From the NCBI GenBank assembly GCA_039096225.1, contig JBBPEB010000015.1, positions 1,488,001-1,552,000 on the forward strand: DNA of 64,000 nt, given 5' to 3'. The position numbers and the translations under genes are program-made. The DNA is from Blastocystis sp. Blastoise. Its lineage: Eukaryota > Protista > Bigyra: Opalinata. Numbering within the stretch: the first letter of the stretch is position 1; each line of letters starts with the position of its first letter. The notes beneath the pieces were generated by a model, which worked only from the letters and a program-made list of their open reading frames with translations, searched no databases and was not told the origin of the DNA. This document shows, piece by piece, positions 1-18,915 of this stretch.

Positions 1-26
1 TAGTATATATACTATGTTCTATATAG

Positions 27-712
27 TATAAATATTACAGAAGATGGTATCAACGCGTTATTAGAATTATGTGAAGGAGACATGAGAAAAGTCATCAATC
101 TTCTTCAAGTATATATATTTATTATATTTATTATATTTATTATATTTATTATTCTATTTATTATTATTAAACTTATTATTATAACCATATATAGGCAACT
201 CACATGGCTTTTCCTATAGTAAATCAAGAGAATGTATATTTATGTTCAGGTTCACCTTCTCCCGTGATTATTCAAAGTATTATGGATACTTTATTACAAT
301 CCTCTTTCAATGAAGCAATGAAGAGTAATATTTATAGTTTTCTCAAAATCAACTTATTTATATTTATATATATTATTATTATTATTATTTTATATATAGA
401 AATATCAGAAATCAAAGAATCACATCAATTTGCACTTCAAGATATAGTTCCATTAATTAGTAAAAAAGTTCAACAATTAGAATTACCTCCTCAAGTTCAA
501 ATCTATTTATATAAACAACTAGCAGATCTAGAGTATATATATATATATATTGTTTTATATATAATTATTTATGAATATATACATTTTTATACTATTCTAT
601 CTATTATACTAGATATCGTCTTGCTTCTTCATGCCAAGAGTCTATTCAATTAGGCTCTCTAATCAGTATATTTATCCTTTCAAAACCTATGTTAGAAAAT
701 AATACACTATAA
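27..712 (+). CDS. RFC5: Replication factor C small subunit (RFC5 / yeast Rfc3-like), last four exons; the 5' part lies outside the window
   Basis: GT-AG spliced exons (~27-108, 195-324, 400-531, 613-712) translate to INITEDGINALLELCEGDMRKVINLLQ / ATHMAFPIVNQENVYLCSGSP / FALQDIV...LADLE / YRLASSCQESIQLGSLISIF...*. The GDMR sensor-2 motif and the LAD(I/L)EYRL...IQL C-terminus fit the RFC5/Rfc3 paralogue. TAA at 710-712. Confidence 0.85.
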
Positions 713-1684
713 ATATGTTGATATTATTATTCATATGTTTTATTTTATATGAATTATGAGTTTTTTGTTATATATTGTATATTGATATGAATAGAATGAT
801 AACTGATTATAATATATTTTTACTTTCTAATTAATTAAGAATATTTCAATGATTATTATACATATATACAAAAAAGTATTTATAAGAGTAATCAATATTG
901 AAATATGTTTTTAAAATATTCATTTTATAGTTATTTAGATTCCTTTCTATACTAATCACAATGTTCTATCTCTTTAATAAGCAGCAATCACCATTTATGC
1001 AAATTTTTCATTATAATATGAATATTTTTAATCAAAATTTTATGAATTATAAATTATATTATTTCTTTAATATTCAAAATAGCAATAATAACGTTCAATA
1101 CATATAAAAGCACGGATAGCATCATATAAAATCAGTTATAAATCATTCAATATACATTTATTTGAAGCAACCCGTATTTTATCTAAAAATTATATTGAAA
1201 AATAAACTTTATATTGATTATATATCACCAAACTACTCAAAATATGAAAATTTTTTTTGCGTGAGAAAAATACAATCTTCACAGTAATCATTCAGAATCC
1301 CGTTGGAAATATGTAAAAACATATAAAATTTGTTTTTCATTTATTATAAACAATAAACACATTTAAAATATTCTAGATATCTCATTCATATTCTGAATAT
1401 TAAGTAAATAGATCTGTTATCTTAATCAAGCCAACAACATAGATTTCGTATCTTCCTGTTGAAAATCTGTTTCAATAGCAGCACAAAATATCTAGAAAAT
1501 TCACATCAGCATATATATGTGTGGTAATGTGGCCCATCTGAATCTGAATATAAGTGACATATGATAATTGAGTATTCAATTCCATTTATCGCTATTTCAT
1601 TTACATAATCTTATTAAAAATTGCATTGAATCGCTGCAAACACTCTCAATTCATGATTATACTAATATATATAAGAAAAATATA

Positions 1685-3631
1685 ATGTTTTTTCGATTTC
1701 TGAAAAAGGATATATATAATAATGATGATTCTTTCATTCCTTCAATGTCAGCCTATTATTATGATTCATTTGACAAGATAAAAGGATTTGAATTGGATAT
1801 ACGAGTGTCTGTTCTTTACATTTGTTGTTAAATTAACTAATAATATTGTCTATAATGTCGTCAATAGTATATAATTATTTTAAATGAATCTATTATTATC
1901 ATGTAGATTGTTACTGACATTGAATTACACAGTCTTGATGAAGCAGCAAATGTATTTTATTATTATTATTATCGCATAAATAAATAAAAATACATTAGTT
2001 AAATCAAGAAAGGAAAATATTAAAGAAGAAGAATGTAAGAAACGTTAATAAATCAAGTATATATATATATAAATAGTAAATAAATTATTCATGTAGTTGA
2101 TAGTAATTCTTCGTCAATTAATTCGTCTCCCAAGAAATCAGCATGGAATACAGCCTATCATATATGTGTTCTAAGTTATTTATTTGGATTAAAAAGTAAT
2201 TTATTTCTCTTATTTCCTAAAATATTGTTATTAATATTTATATATATATTTATAGAAAATAAGAGATATGTTGGTTTGCTTAGTATTTTTAGTTCAATGT
2301 TTATGATAGCAGTATATATTGATTTTTTTCATTTATTTTATTTATTATTCTTCTTATCATTATTCTTCTTTCTAATATTTATAAACAATTGCTATTTCTA
2401 TATAATTTATATAATAATAACATAATATGTATATATATATAGATATATATTGTATTGACATTCACTGTTGGTTCATGTCCCTTGTCTCTATATACACAAT
2501 CACATACTTATTTACCTTGTTCTACAAACTATCAATGTCAAACAGTATACTATATAGATCAAGATAAAGTAGAAGAAGTTATTTTACCTGAAACTGGAAC
2601 AGAATATAAATATTGTGACCTTCAAGCAGGTGGATATTGCAGGTATATATTTATCGTGCTCTATATATTGTTATATTGATATTGATACATATTAATTATT
2701 ATTATATATAATGATAAAAAGAATAAATATATATTATTTTAATTAATATTATTCTATTATATTACTATTATTATTCTATATAGATATAAGAATTATGATT
2801 CTATTTGTTCATCAATTTTCTCTACAATCACACTTGGGGGTCTAGAAACAGGAAATGTATCTATGTCTTATAAGAATATAGTTATGTAGATAGTTAAAAA
2901 TATATTAAATGTAGTTATATATATTATTAAAATAGATGTCTATTTCTTTATATATATATTAATGTCTTTTCTTTATCATTCGATCACCTTCTTCATCTTA
3001 TAGTATTATTATTATTATATTATTCTTTAGACTCCTTCTCGTCCTCTATCTCTATATACATATTCATGGTACCATTTGAATCTATTCCATATATTCACAA
3101 ATATACTATTATATATACCTCTTTCAATATCTATGGAATCTATTACTTCAACTCTTCTTTCTATTCCGATTCATCTGTGTACATCTCTCAGTGGATCTCT
3201 CTTAATTTTAACTCTATATAAATATAATACTCTAGTTATTGGCTGTAGTGCCATTGTTTATGGATTCATCGGCTTTATTTGTATTTTTAGGGTATCTATT
3301 AATGGCTTTTTATATTAATATATTCTTATTTATTAGTATTATTCTTATTCATTCATTTACTTTTGATTAATATTATTTTTTATATTGATATATTCTTATT
3401 TATGAATATCATTCATATTTATTAATACAATATATATATATTTATTATGAATCACAACCACTATTATATCATCTATTTCATATTATTATAATATTTTTAT
3501 TTCTATAGTTATTCAACCCTTTGTATACAATTCACTATTTTTTATCGATACTACTATTTATATCTGTTTGCATATCCTTCTTTATTGAGTATTATTATAT
3601 AACTGGAGTCTCTACAGAAGGTCATGTATAC

Positions 3632-3678
<47 letters not shown>

Positions 3679-4070
3679 CTTTATATATATATATATAGAT
3701 TGGTGGATTTATTGGTGGAATTATTCTTGCTTTTATGTATACAACAATTGAAGACTATACTAATTGTATATTCAATTATCTATATATAACATATTCATAA
3801 CTATTATTCTATTTATTTCATATATATATATAGTAAAAAAAGATTATGAACAGTATCAAATGTATTGGATTCCAAAAGTTATTGTGAACTTCCTCCATAA
3901 GTATATTAATATATATATATATAATGATATAATACATGTGTTGATATATTATACTATAAATGATATATAGGACTAAATGGTATTTTAGATCTCTCGGTTG
4001 GCTTTTATTCTTCATTTATTTCTGTGGATTAATATCTTTTCATTTAGTCTATATTATATATACATATTAA
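1685..4070 (+). CDS. Rhomboid-family intramembrane serine protease (multi-exon; 5' exon structure uncertain)
   Basis: Exon ~3031-3291 encodes WYHLNLFHIFTN (HxxxxHxxxN) and VIGCSAIVYG (GxS catalytic Ser). Splicing 3624 to 3699 gives TEGH|IGGFIGGIILA (catalytic His followed by GxxxG). The last exon 3971-4070 ends with TAA. The start ATG at 1685 is tentative. Confidence 0.8.
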
Positions 4071-5117
4071 ATATTATGTATTTTTCTTAACAATATACGC
4101 CTTCTATCTCAAATTAAAGAGGAAAATATAAGAAATTATTAAATATACACTTATTGGTATTTACTTATATACACACAGTGTCATATGTATCCTTAAACTT
4201 ATTGTTATATTACATATCAATTCTGTTTTTTTAAGTGTTTTTTGACTGTTTAAACTATACATATATTAATTCTAATAGAGGTTCTTGTCTTGTTATCTAT
4301 CATAAATACATTAAAGAATTAATAGAATGAAAAAGGTTATATGAATCATAAAAACTGAATGTCAACATAGTGTAAAAACTTGTAATGTTCATATATCACA
4401 GTAAACACTAAAGCAACTCGATATCGAATTATTATACATAGATTTACTCATATAATATAATTCTATTAATACACTATAAAATCATATACTATAATCAACT
4501 AATTCATGAATACAGAATTCTGATTATTCTTTCAATTCAAATATATATACATATTTATTATAAAATATTATAAAAATATTTTAATCAATCACCATTCAAT
4601 TAATTATCGTTTTCTAATTAGTCTTGCTAGTACAGCAATCATTTTGTTTATTAAAAAATATTTTCTAGAAGATAGCATATGCATCAATCGTTGGAATATC
4701 AATTGGGTAGCTCAACAGTATTCTTATTTCGTTAAGAAGCATAATAAAAAAGATGGATCATACAATATATATACCATTTTATATTAAATCTTGCTTATTA
4801 TATTGAATTAATACTAGAATACTATTGCACACATCTTTCCAACATATCTGTATTTATATTTCTTTTTGATATACGCATTAACAAATAATAATTTTAGTAT
4901 ATCAGAGACTCCACATCAAGTAGTATTATTTGTGACGCCACATTAGTATCCGATAACGAAATATTATATTTCTTTATATATAGCAAGTTATTTCAGAGAA
5001 ATCTTAGAATCAATCTAACCAAAACTATAATCGTTTAAAAAATTGAAATTACAGTTCTAATAAATGAAATAAACGTGATAAATTTTATTCTTTTTGATTA
5101 CACTGTTTTTCCTTAGG

Positions 5118-8943
<3,826 letters not shown>

Positions 8944-9510
8944 ATATATTGTAATCAAACGAGTATGAAAGATATTGTTATCTTCTTTTTTTTTGTATTT
9001 TACTATTAAAGAACTAAAATATTAGTTTATATATTATTTTTTTAAATTTTAAAAATATATACTTATTTAACGAGAAAAGAATAAAAATTAGATTTTAATA
9101 AGATATAATAACTCTAATATTAATAAAATGTAACTAAACAGCAAATATTTTCTAACAAAAACAGCTTTGAACGCATAATACCAATAGAAAAGATGAATAA
9201 TATTAATAAACCTCTTTAATATAGAATATACAAGTATTTCTTTGAAATATATATATATAATGATTTACATATATATAAGAGTATAAAAAGGCATACTGTT
9301 TACATATAAAAATGAATAATCATTTAATAAAAAAGAGAAATATAATAATATAAAAGGAAATTATTTTTAAAAATCTAAAAGAGTTGCATATGAATAATAC
9401 TATATGTTCATGCTTATAACAAAAGATAGTAGATATATAAATAGGCTATTTGTAATGTATTTTAATATATTTATAATTGTATTGACTAATATATTGATAT
9501 ATAGTATGAA

Positions 9511-10451
9511 TTAGAATTCTATAAAAAGAGTAACAACTGATAATACTCCGACAACAACAGAGAAAACCAGTAATAGCCAGCAAGATATAGTAAGGAAAGT
9601 AGAGAGTCTATAGAAGAAGAGAAATAGATATTTGAATAGAAATAGATATTTGAATAGAAATAGATAGTTGAATAGAAATAGATATTTGAATAGAAATAGA
9701 TATTTGAGTAGAAATAGATATTTGAATAGAAATAGAGAAGTAGAATAAAAAGAGAAATAAAATAAAGAAACGAACTCTTTCAATAAGACTCATTGTAGTA
9801 GAAAGATATATTTATTTAAAGAATAAAATGATAATAAATGCATAAAGAAATTCAGAATACAATAATAAAATAATGATGATTTATATATTAAAGAATAAAA
9901 CTATATTTATATAAATAAACATATACTAACATAATATATTAAAGAATAAGAATAAGAATAAAGAATATATAGTGAAACATACCTTAATAGTTTTTTGTGC
10001 TTGAGATATAAGCAGCATATAGCAGGGAAGGCAAAGCAAAGAAGTGTAGAAGCAACACCTATATATATATTAATAGACTTGTATAATAACATAAAATAGA
10101 TCATTGAAAAAGGCACTGAGAAATAATATGTTTTAAATTGATATATATAGATAGCTTATTAAATGCAAAGAATTATTTATTAATAAAATATGATTTATCC
10201 TTATAATAGGAAATAATATATATATATATATATATACCTCCAATAAAATTGAAAACGACTGACAAATCATCGACAAGAGATCCCACAATAAGGCAACCTA
10301 TATATAAGATATATATATTATTATATATATATATAATATATATAACATTCTATATATATTATTATTATATATATTATGTATAATATAATAAGCTAAAGGA
10401 AATAAATATAAGAAAAGAGTATATGAATATATTATTATTCTATAAAGTAGT

Positions 10452-10482
<31 letters not shown>

Positions 10483-11072
10483 AGAGAGTAAGAAGCTGAT
10501 GATATAGTGACGAGCAATTTCACCTTTTGTCGTGGCCTTCTTTTCAGCGGCTTTTGTGCCCCAAATCATGGAAATAAGCGTAAATCTAGAAGAAATAATA
10601 TATAGAGAGAGAGAAATATATATATAAATGAGAAATAACTAGGGTTAAAATGTAAATAATTATATTAACATATAAATAAATATAATAAATAATAAATATA
10701 TTGAATAATATTTTGTATTCTAAAAAGTACATAAAAAGAAAATTTTGTTTAAATGAGAATAAGTAGAATTCATATATATATATATATACCTAGCAGGGAA
10801 TATATTAAGAGGGAAAGCCATAATAATAGTAAATGTAATAGCAAAGAATCCAGCAATAACATAAGGTTCAGGAGTAGATGCAAAATTAAGTAGAATATTA
10901 CCCTTAATATCATTTCCATAAGTAAGAAATCCAGAAACACCCATACAGATATATATAAGAGAAGAAATAGTCATTCCATAACGAGCTACAGGCTTCATCT
11001 CTATATATAGATATATATATAGATATATATATAGATATATATATAGATATATACAGAGAGAAAGAGAGGAAA

Positions 11073-11112
<40 letters not shown>

Positions 11113-12493
11113 ATTATTAATCTAATTATGATTACTACTATAATTATAAGAGATCATAATATATAAAATAGTTTATTGTTTAAGCATATAATATGAAAAT
11201 AGGATATCATTTGTAGATGATTATGATAATATTTATAATATTATAATTAATAAATATATATACTTTTATCTTTATCATTTCCAAGTTCTGTTTGAATTTC
11301 ATAAACATTAACTTGAGAAGAAAAAGCAAAGAGCATAATAGGAATAGCATTTAATACCTTTGAAGAGAAAGAAAAGGCAGGAATTGAATTAAATTTCTCA
11401 GCTGAGAAATTAACAATGCATAATATAATAGAGACTATAGCTAAATAAGTTACAGTAATGATACCAATAAAAGAAGAGAATCTTAAATTATCCATAGATC
11501 TTAATAAAGAAAGAGGAAGCATAAGAATAAGCCAGAAGAGAGATGTTAATAAATATTTATTATTCAGAATATCAGGTAAAAACCCGAATCCAATAACATT
11601 ATCCATAATATCACGAATAGCAATAATATACCTAGATGAAGAAGAAATAATAGCATATGATAATTTATATATATATATATTTATGTATTTGTTTATTTAT
11701 TTATGTATTTGTTTATGATATATACATATATATTTATATATATATACCCGATAGCAGTACCTAAACAGAAAACTAAAACACCAATATTAACAAAAAATAA
11801 TGCAATTTTTCCAAATAATCCCAACTATAGAGAAAGAGAAATATATAGAAATAAATATAGAAAATCATATTAATCAAATATATAGAATAGTTCATATAAT
11901 TCTATGTAATTTGAATATAAATATATAACATATATGAATTAAATTATAATAAGAAAAAATAAACGATGCAATATATATACAGCAAGTGATTCATATGAAT
12001 CAAAATGAGAAGCTTTTCTAGCTAAAATCATGAGATCAATAGTGAAAACAGTAACAAAAGCACCTATAAGAAGAAGAATTGCACCAAGAGCCCAACCTGT
12101 CATTTGACAAGCACTTGCTAAAGATAATGCACCTGCACCTAAAGTAGCAGAGCAAAGATTAAAAGTAGCACCACGAATAGATCCAGGAGCAAAAAAACGA
12201 GTGAAACAATTAGGTGAAGGATGAGCTTCGAGATCTTCATCTTCCTTTTTTTCCTCAGTATCAATGATAATACTGCTATTATCAACTTTAACTTCGTCTC
12301 CCTTTTTCTCCTCAGAATTAGACTGAGTTAACTTTGATTCACTATTTAATTCATCAATTTCAGTCATACCTATACCTTGCATAACCTGGTCAGTAGTCAT
12401 AGTAGGAGTTTGTTGAATCTCTACAGAACCAGAGTTTGTGCTGAGTTGATAATCTTCAACAGGTAAGTCTACTGGAGTAAGTCTGTTGCTCAT
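9511..12493 (-). CDS. Transmembrane amino-acid transporter (Aa_trans / SLC38-SNAT-like), multi-exon
   Basis: GSIRGATFNLCSATLGAGALSL (TM1), MLPLSLLRSMDNLRFSS, AIPIMLFAFSSQVNVYEI, GFLTYGNDIKGNILLNF, IMAFPLNIFPAR, GVASTLLCFAFPA. The last exon 9607-9511 (R-LSTFLTISCWLLLVFSVVVGVLSVVTLFIEF*) joins in phase. Confidence 0.9.
9620..9736. repeat. 18-bp minisatellite (AATAGAAATAGATATTTG), about 6 units, in the last intron of the transporter gene
   Basis: Direct reading; it explains the spurious KYLFLF repeat in ORF 9511..9783. Confidence 0.8.
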
Positions 12494-13973
12494 TTATACA
12501 AACACGTTTATTGAATACTAAATAATAGAAATATAATCCTTTTTATGACGCAATTGACGAAGAATCCTTTAAGACAATTGTATTCTTTATAGAATTATTT
12601 GTCCTATAAATTTTGTTGTCAGTAATGAGCCAATCATGACGAAGTTCTCCTAACTTAAAAAGAGAAACATTTCTCCTTTGTTATTCTAATTCGCGGGAAA
12701 TAGTAAATATTCACTCGGAATTTGGAATTCTTATTCAACCTATTTCTCCATAAAGCATACACATTATGGGGTACTTCCCACCATTCAATAAAACAGAATA
12801 CCGAATATTATTGGGTCACTAACAAAAGGAGAATTCTATCCGTTTTGCCAATAAAAAAGTGAGAAAAGAAAAGAAAAAAGAAACAACCATTCAAAGAACA
12901 AACAAGCCTTGATGAAAAAATGATCTTTTTTAGCACATATCACAGTTATTCCTAATAATAGTTTTATAATATTCTGCCAACATGATGCAAAGACATCCTA
13001 AAACAACTTAAATATAAAAAAGAGTGAGCAAAAACCGTCATTTTCCACAAAGCAGCTTCAAAAACTTAAAGAAATAGATATAAAATAACTGAAATATAAA
13101 TCAGAGACAAAAAGCTATATTGGAATATTGAAATTAGACGATTTCTAATGACAAAAAGAAAAACAGAAACGAATTAACAGCAGAAAATAGAAACTTTAAA
13201 ATTCATTAAATGCTAGTGGGCTGAAATACTTCATAATACTATTTTGATTCAGTTTTAGCTGGAAAAAAAAATATAAATAAAATTTGAAATAAATTAGTAA
13301 AATAAATACAAACTATATGTATATTTTACATTATAATACATATATGTGAAACATATTTGTGCCTAGAAAACTTAAATTTTGGCAAATGTCACTCAAGTTA
13401 TACATAAATTTGATGTTTTCCTTATTTTTTTGAGTAAATTATTTATGTTCTGTACGTGTTAGTCTTAGTAAACGCATTTCTAATAATAATATATTAGAAT
13501 AAAGAATGAGATACACGAAAAAAAACATGATATTTCTAAAAGAGTAGTAAATCTATAATTCTGTGCAGCGCCCAATTCAAAATATATAATAATAGTAAAA
13601 ATAGAATAAATATATTAAAAATTTTAAGAAATAAAGAAAACCAACAAAAAATATAACGTTATTTTTTGTGAAAGTATAAACTTCGTTAGATTATTTATTA
13701 TTGGACTTTTATTAATAGAAAAATAAATTTTATACATGACAAGAGATTATTTCTTATATGAGATAAATATATTTACAATATTAGAATGATTTCAGAATGA
13801 ATTATAAAAAAAATTAATCCTTTTTAACAAATATACTACATTACAGCTATATCGAATTATTTAAAAGGCAGCACTATATATGATTTACAATTTAAACCAA
13901 TATAAAAGCAAATAAAAGAATATGGAAAAAATGGATATCCTGAAAGAAACTCATAAATGGAAGAAAAACATAA

Positions 13974-14046
13974 GCCTCGATAGCTCAGTCGGGAGAGCGT
14001 ATGACTGAAGATCATAAGGTCCCTGGTTCGATCCCGGGTCAAGGCG
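13974..14046 (+). tRNA. tRNA-Phe(GAA): tRNA-Phe (anticodon GAA), intronless
   Basis: 73-nt cloverleaf: acceptor GCCTCGA/TCAAGGC (one C-A mismatch), D arm GCTC..GAGC, anticodon arm TATGA-CTGAAGA-TCATA, T arm CCTGG-TTCGATC-CCGGG. A T-run follows (Pol III terminator). Confidence 0.93.
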
Positions 14047-15424
14047 TAATTTTATTTTTGTTTATTTTTTTAGATTCTATGAAGCATAAGGATCATAATG
14101 GTGGTCCTTTGGAGTTCAAACTCTACACCAAAAATATTTTTCCTAAATGGGAAAAATATCTTTATAGATTTCAAATTTGGAAATCTCAGTTCAGAGATGA
14201 TGGTCTACAACAACTGTATCAAAAGTCGTTGTCAAACTATCATTCTTCTTCACTGAGAAAACTGAGTTTAAAGAGATCTACTCATGTATTCAGCTGGAAG
14301 TTTACTCAAAATAAAAAGTTTCAAATTTGCAGTCAAAATTCAAAAATAATCAGAAAAATGAAAAATTCAAATTTTTCATGTTCTTCTTCTACCCCTTTTT
14401 ATTTCTCTAATAGAGAAATTAAGAATTCCAAAGCTTCTAATAATGGAATCTACACGTCTTCCGCCATTGAATCTCAAGATCCAAACCACAAAAATTTTGC
14501 TCATTTACTTAATCGGCGAAGTGAAGTGGTTCGAAAATTGGCTTCTAAGGTTCCATCTACTACTGATAAGGGTCCTCATTGCAAAAAACCATGTTTCAGC
14601 TCAAAAGCTCAGAAACAAGAGAGAATGGTGAAATACATTATGAAAAAGGTCCTTTCCAAAAATATCAAAATTGGTATTCGTGATGGTTCTTCTTACTCTA
14701 CATCAAATAATGGTCTTCGTTTAGATTCTTCTATGGTTTCCAAAAACAGAGAGAATGGTGACTTTAAAGAAGTTTCAAAAAATGATGAAAATGGTGTGGA
14801 AAGCAAGATAAAGATGAATACGAATGGCTGTGATGATATTAATAATTCAATGGCTTTTAATGAGAGAAAAGAAGCCAAGAATGCTGATGAAAAATATATA
14901 TATATAGATGTTATTAATGAGAATACTAATATGAATAATAATATAATAGATATCAATAATGATGAAAATAATATAAATATTAATTATATAGATAATAATA
15001 ATGACGAAAATAATATAGTCCATAATTATGTAAAGAATAATAAGAATATAGATAATAAGAATATGGATAAGAATACTAATGAAATTGGTACTAATATGGA
15101 AGATAATGATAATAATTATATAGAAAGTGATGATTCTTCATATGTTCCAGATTCTGAAATGGATGATGTTGATAGTTATACCTCTTCTAGTTATTATACA
15201 TCAGATATGGATGAAAGTGAAGATATGAATGCATTCCAGAAAGATGAAATAGTGAAGATAGATGATATAAGTAATGAAAATAATAATATAAATAATCCTC
15301 TAAATATACTTATGAATGATCTTCTTAATGATGTTAATAAGTATATAGATAAAAATGAATATATAGATAAATATAAATATGAAAATAAAATATCAAATGA
15401 TATAGATAATAAAAATATGAATAA

Positions 15425-15950
15425 TACTCCTATTACTCCTATTACTTCTAATAACACTATAACTCCTATAACTCCTATAACTCCTAATACTTCTATAACT
15501 CCTTCTATTCCTATAACTCCTTCTACTCCTTCTACTTCTATAACTCCTTCTACTACTATATCTCCTAATACTCCTATAATTCCTTCTACTCTTATAACTC
15601 TTATAACTCCTTCTACTGCTAATACTTCTATAACTCCTAATACTCCTATAAATGTTTCTACTCCTATAACTTCTTCTACCCCTATAACTTCTGGTACTTC
15701 AATAACTCCTATAACCCATATTACTTCTATAACTCCTATTACTCCTATAACTCCTCTTGATCCTATAACTCCTATAACTCCTTCTACTTCTATAACTCCT
15801 ATAAACCCAATAACTCCTATTACTCCTATAACTCCTATTACTCCTATAATTCCAATAACTACAATAACTCCTATAAATCCTATTACTCCTATAACTCCTA
15901 TAACTCCTTCTACTCCTATAACTCCTATTACTCCTATTACTCCTGTAACT
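15425..15950 (+). repeat. Degenerate 9-bp coding repeat (ACTCCTATA) encoding (TPI)n
   Basis: The ORF reads [10 protein letters not shown]... over about 175 codons. Confidence 0.85.
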
Positions 15951-16326
15951 ACTATTAACCATTTATATATTAATTCTCATCTAAATGTTAATACTAATAA
16001 TAATAATAATAATAATAATACTATTAACAGAGATACTGACATAAATAGATTTAATAATATTAATAAATTGTCTAACAATAATAATAATAATAATAATAAT
16101 AATTCTTTAGATATTAATTCCTCAACTAATATAAATGAATCTACTAATATTAATAATAATATGATAATAGATTCTTCTTCTTCTGATAATAATAATAATA
16201 ATTCTACAGATATCGATATTAATAATACTAGTATATATGATAATGATATTGATTCTACTGATATTAATATTATAGATATTACAGAAGATGAAACTGATGC
16301 TATGAATACCTTTGATGATCATGAAG

Positions 16327-16403
<77 letters not shown>

Positions 16404-16989
16404 CATTACTATTATAAAGCAAATAGGCAAAAAAATTCCCATTGGTCAGTTTTTGGAAAATGCATTTGATTGGCTAATGTATACTATAGTTTGTGGACAC
16501 AACTCCTCTAAACTTACGGGAAGTTAACTTTTGGGTGAAACACAGTTCAATAGGATATAACCTGTAGTTGTGCACCATATATTTGGTTAAGCGATATTAT
16601 TTATAATTAAAAAGTTATTAATAAAAAAACAGAAAACATGATTTTTGAGTCGTTTTTGATTGGCTCTTTGGGATGACCCCGATAAAAATTGTTGACCAGA
16701 CAATTGAAAAATAAACATGGGGTAAACTTGATTTTTTCTCAATCCCACAATATACGTTATCCGTGTTTATTCTTTATATTTATCTATTTTTTAATACTTT
16801 TTCATATTGAACACGTGAGGCCTTAACGGTCAAATTTAGATTGTCAATTTGACATCATATTCTGATTCAGGAGGTCAGAAAACCTAGGTGTACCAATTTT
16901 CAGCTCCTGAGAACGATTTTTGAGTGATCGATATTTTCTTCGATCTTCTTATAATCGACTAATATTACAGTATTGTAATTAATAGGTCC

Positions 16990-18450
16990 TCAAACCACTA
17001 TAGTCAAAGCAGAGTCTTAAAATAATGAGTTTAAAAGTGACAATTTTGAAAAATGTGAATTAAGTGGTCTTAGAGTGAGAGATTCAATATAATAACTTTT
17101 GTTTAGTATACTTTAGATATTACTCTATTCTATGTTAAAAGGAGAGTCAAAATTATGATGGTCAAAGTGTATGACCAAATGACAAAATGTGTCTTAAAAA
17201 GTAAAAGGGTGTCTATATGTGTTTCAAATGTTAAGTCAAGTCAATTCTATGAATAATAGCTTTAAATAAATAGTTTAAGGTTGTCAAATTTAAAAGAATG
17301 TGTAAAACATAGTCTTAAACTGTGAATAAAAAATTTAGAGATATTAATTAGTATACAGTTGTAGTAGCTCTACAACATATCAAAAGTATAAAGAAAATAA
17401 TTTTTAGAGAGTGGATGTGTGAAGGGTTGTGAGAGTTATTAAAAATTTATTTTTACGTCAGTTTGAGCAAAATCGTGAATTTCGTGCACTGTAGAAAAAT
17501 TGAGTCAAAAGGTCAACTCTAAGGGTCTTAAATTTAAAAAATGTAAAAATGAGTGACTTAGAGGACGAGATTCAATATTTGAGTGTTTAGTCATTAAACT
17601 AGAGTGTATGAGCTATATTATGTTAAAAGGAGGGACAAAAATATGTTGATCAAAGTGTATGACCAAATGGTAAAGTGTCTTTAAAAAGTCTAAAGTGATG
17701 ACTAATATGTTTATAGAGTCTTATAAAGTCTACTATGAAAATATTAGCTTTTAAAAATATGTTTAAGCCTTTCAATTAGTAAAAATATGTTCAAAGAGAC
17801 TCATAAAATGAGAGTTTTAAGAAACGAGATATTGTTCAGTATACACTAAGAGACACTCTACAACATATCAAAAATCTAGCAAAAACTATTTTTAGAGAGT
17901 GGATGTGTGAAGGGTTGTGAGAGTTATTGAAAAAATATTTTTACTTCAGTTTGTGTAAAATCGTGTTTTTGGAACACTGTAGAAAAATTAACTTCAGAAA
18001 TCAACTCTAAGGGTCTTAATTTTGAAAAATGTGAAAATGACTGACTTAGAGGACGAGATTCAAAATTCCCCCTCACTTTCATATAACTAGAGCACACACT
18101 CTATATTATGTCAAAAGAAGGGACGAAAATATTTTGGTCGAAGTAAATGAGCAAATGCAAAAGGTTTATAAAATGTCTTAAAGTGATGACCAATGTGTAG
18201 CTAACGTTATACTGAGTATAGTGTGTAAATATTAGCTTATAAAAATGATTTTAAGTGTGTAAACTTTTCATAATGTGTCAAGAAGGGTCTTTAAGAAAGA
18301 GATTCAAAACATTTGCTTTTATTTAATAAATTGTATAATAAACTCTATACTATATCAAAAGACTGAAGGAAATTATTCTGATACAGTGGATCTTGAATGT
18401 GTAAAGTCTCTTTAAAAGTTACATTTTTGAGTTATTTATGATTAAAATCA
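16990..18450 (+). repeat. Internal ~244-bp repeat arranged as ~488-bp dimers in family A (present in every full copy)
   Basis: GAGATTCAA at 17079, 17567, 18055 (period 488) and at 18299 (+244). TTTTTAGAGAGTGGATGTGTGAAGGGTTGTGAGAG at ~17401 and ~17889. Confidence 0.8.
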
Positions 18451-18915
18451 TTAGTTGAAATTAATATAAAAATATTAACTTTTTAAGTAATGTTTTAGTT
18501 GTCAAAGTGACAATGAATGTTGACTTTGTTATACTTAAAACTTCAAAATTCTTTTAAAAAGTATTGAAATGAGTTAAAATTATTATATTATGCTTATTTA
18601 AATGAATTTTATGACTTAAAAATACTCAAGAGTACTTCACATTGTGACTCATTTCTAAAGTTGTTGACTTTAAAAACTCAAAAAATGCTTAAGAAAGTTG
18701 TTTAATTATTAATAAATACAAAATATATTTTAAAAATAATAAATAATATGTATAGTGATTCAAAATAGTTTTTTAATTTTCTTTCAAGTATTGTTTTTAG
18801 TTTTTTTGATATCATTTAAAGAATTTATTTAATTCTTATATCAGGAATTGAACCTGATTACAATCAATAAATGATTGTAACTCTCCATATAGAGTATAAG
18901 AAGTGTTATTAAAGT

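Noticed and set aside
14046-14073. 28-nt GT...AG stretch resembling a tiny intron after the tRNA
   Set aside because: There is no upstream exon, and the T-rich stretch is adequately explained as the Pol III terminator.
14001-14078. ORF-track start at 14001, and minus-strand ORF 13857..14042
   Set aside because: Both overlap the tRNA-Phe gene and are chance translations; the first plausible ATG is 14079.
16403-16469. Shared C-terminal peptide [15 protein letters not shown] on three ORFs, suggesting a protein family tag
   Set aside because: It is read-through into the 5' end of family A Helitrons, not a conserved protein motif.
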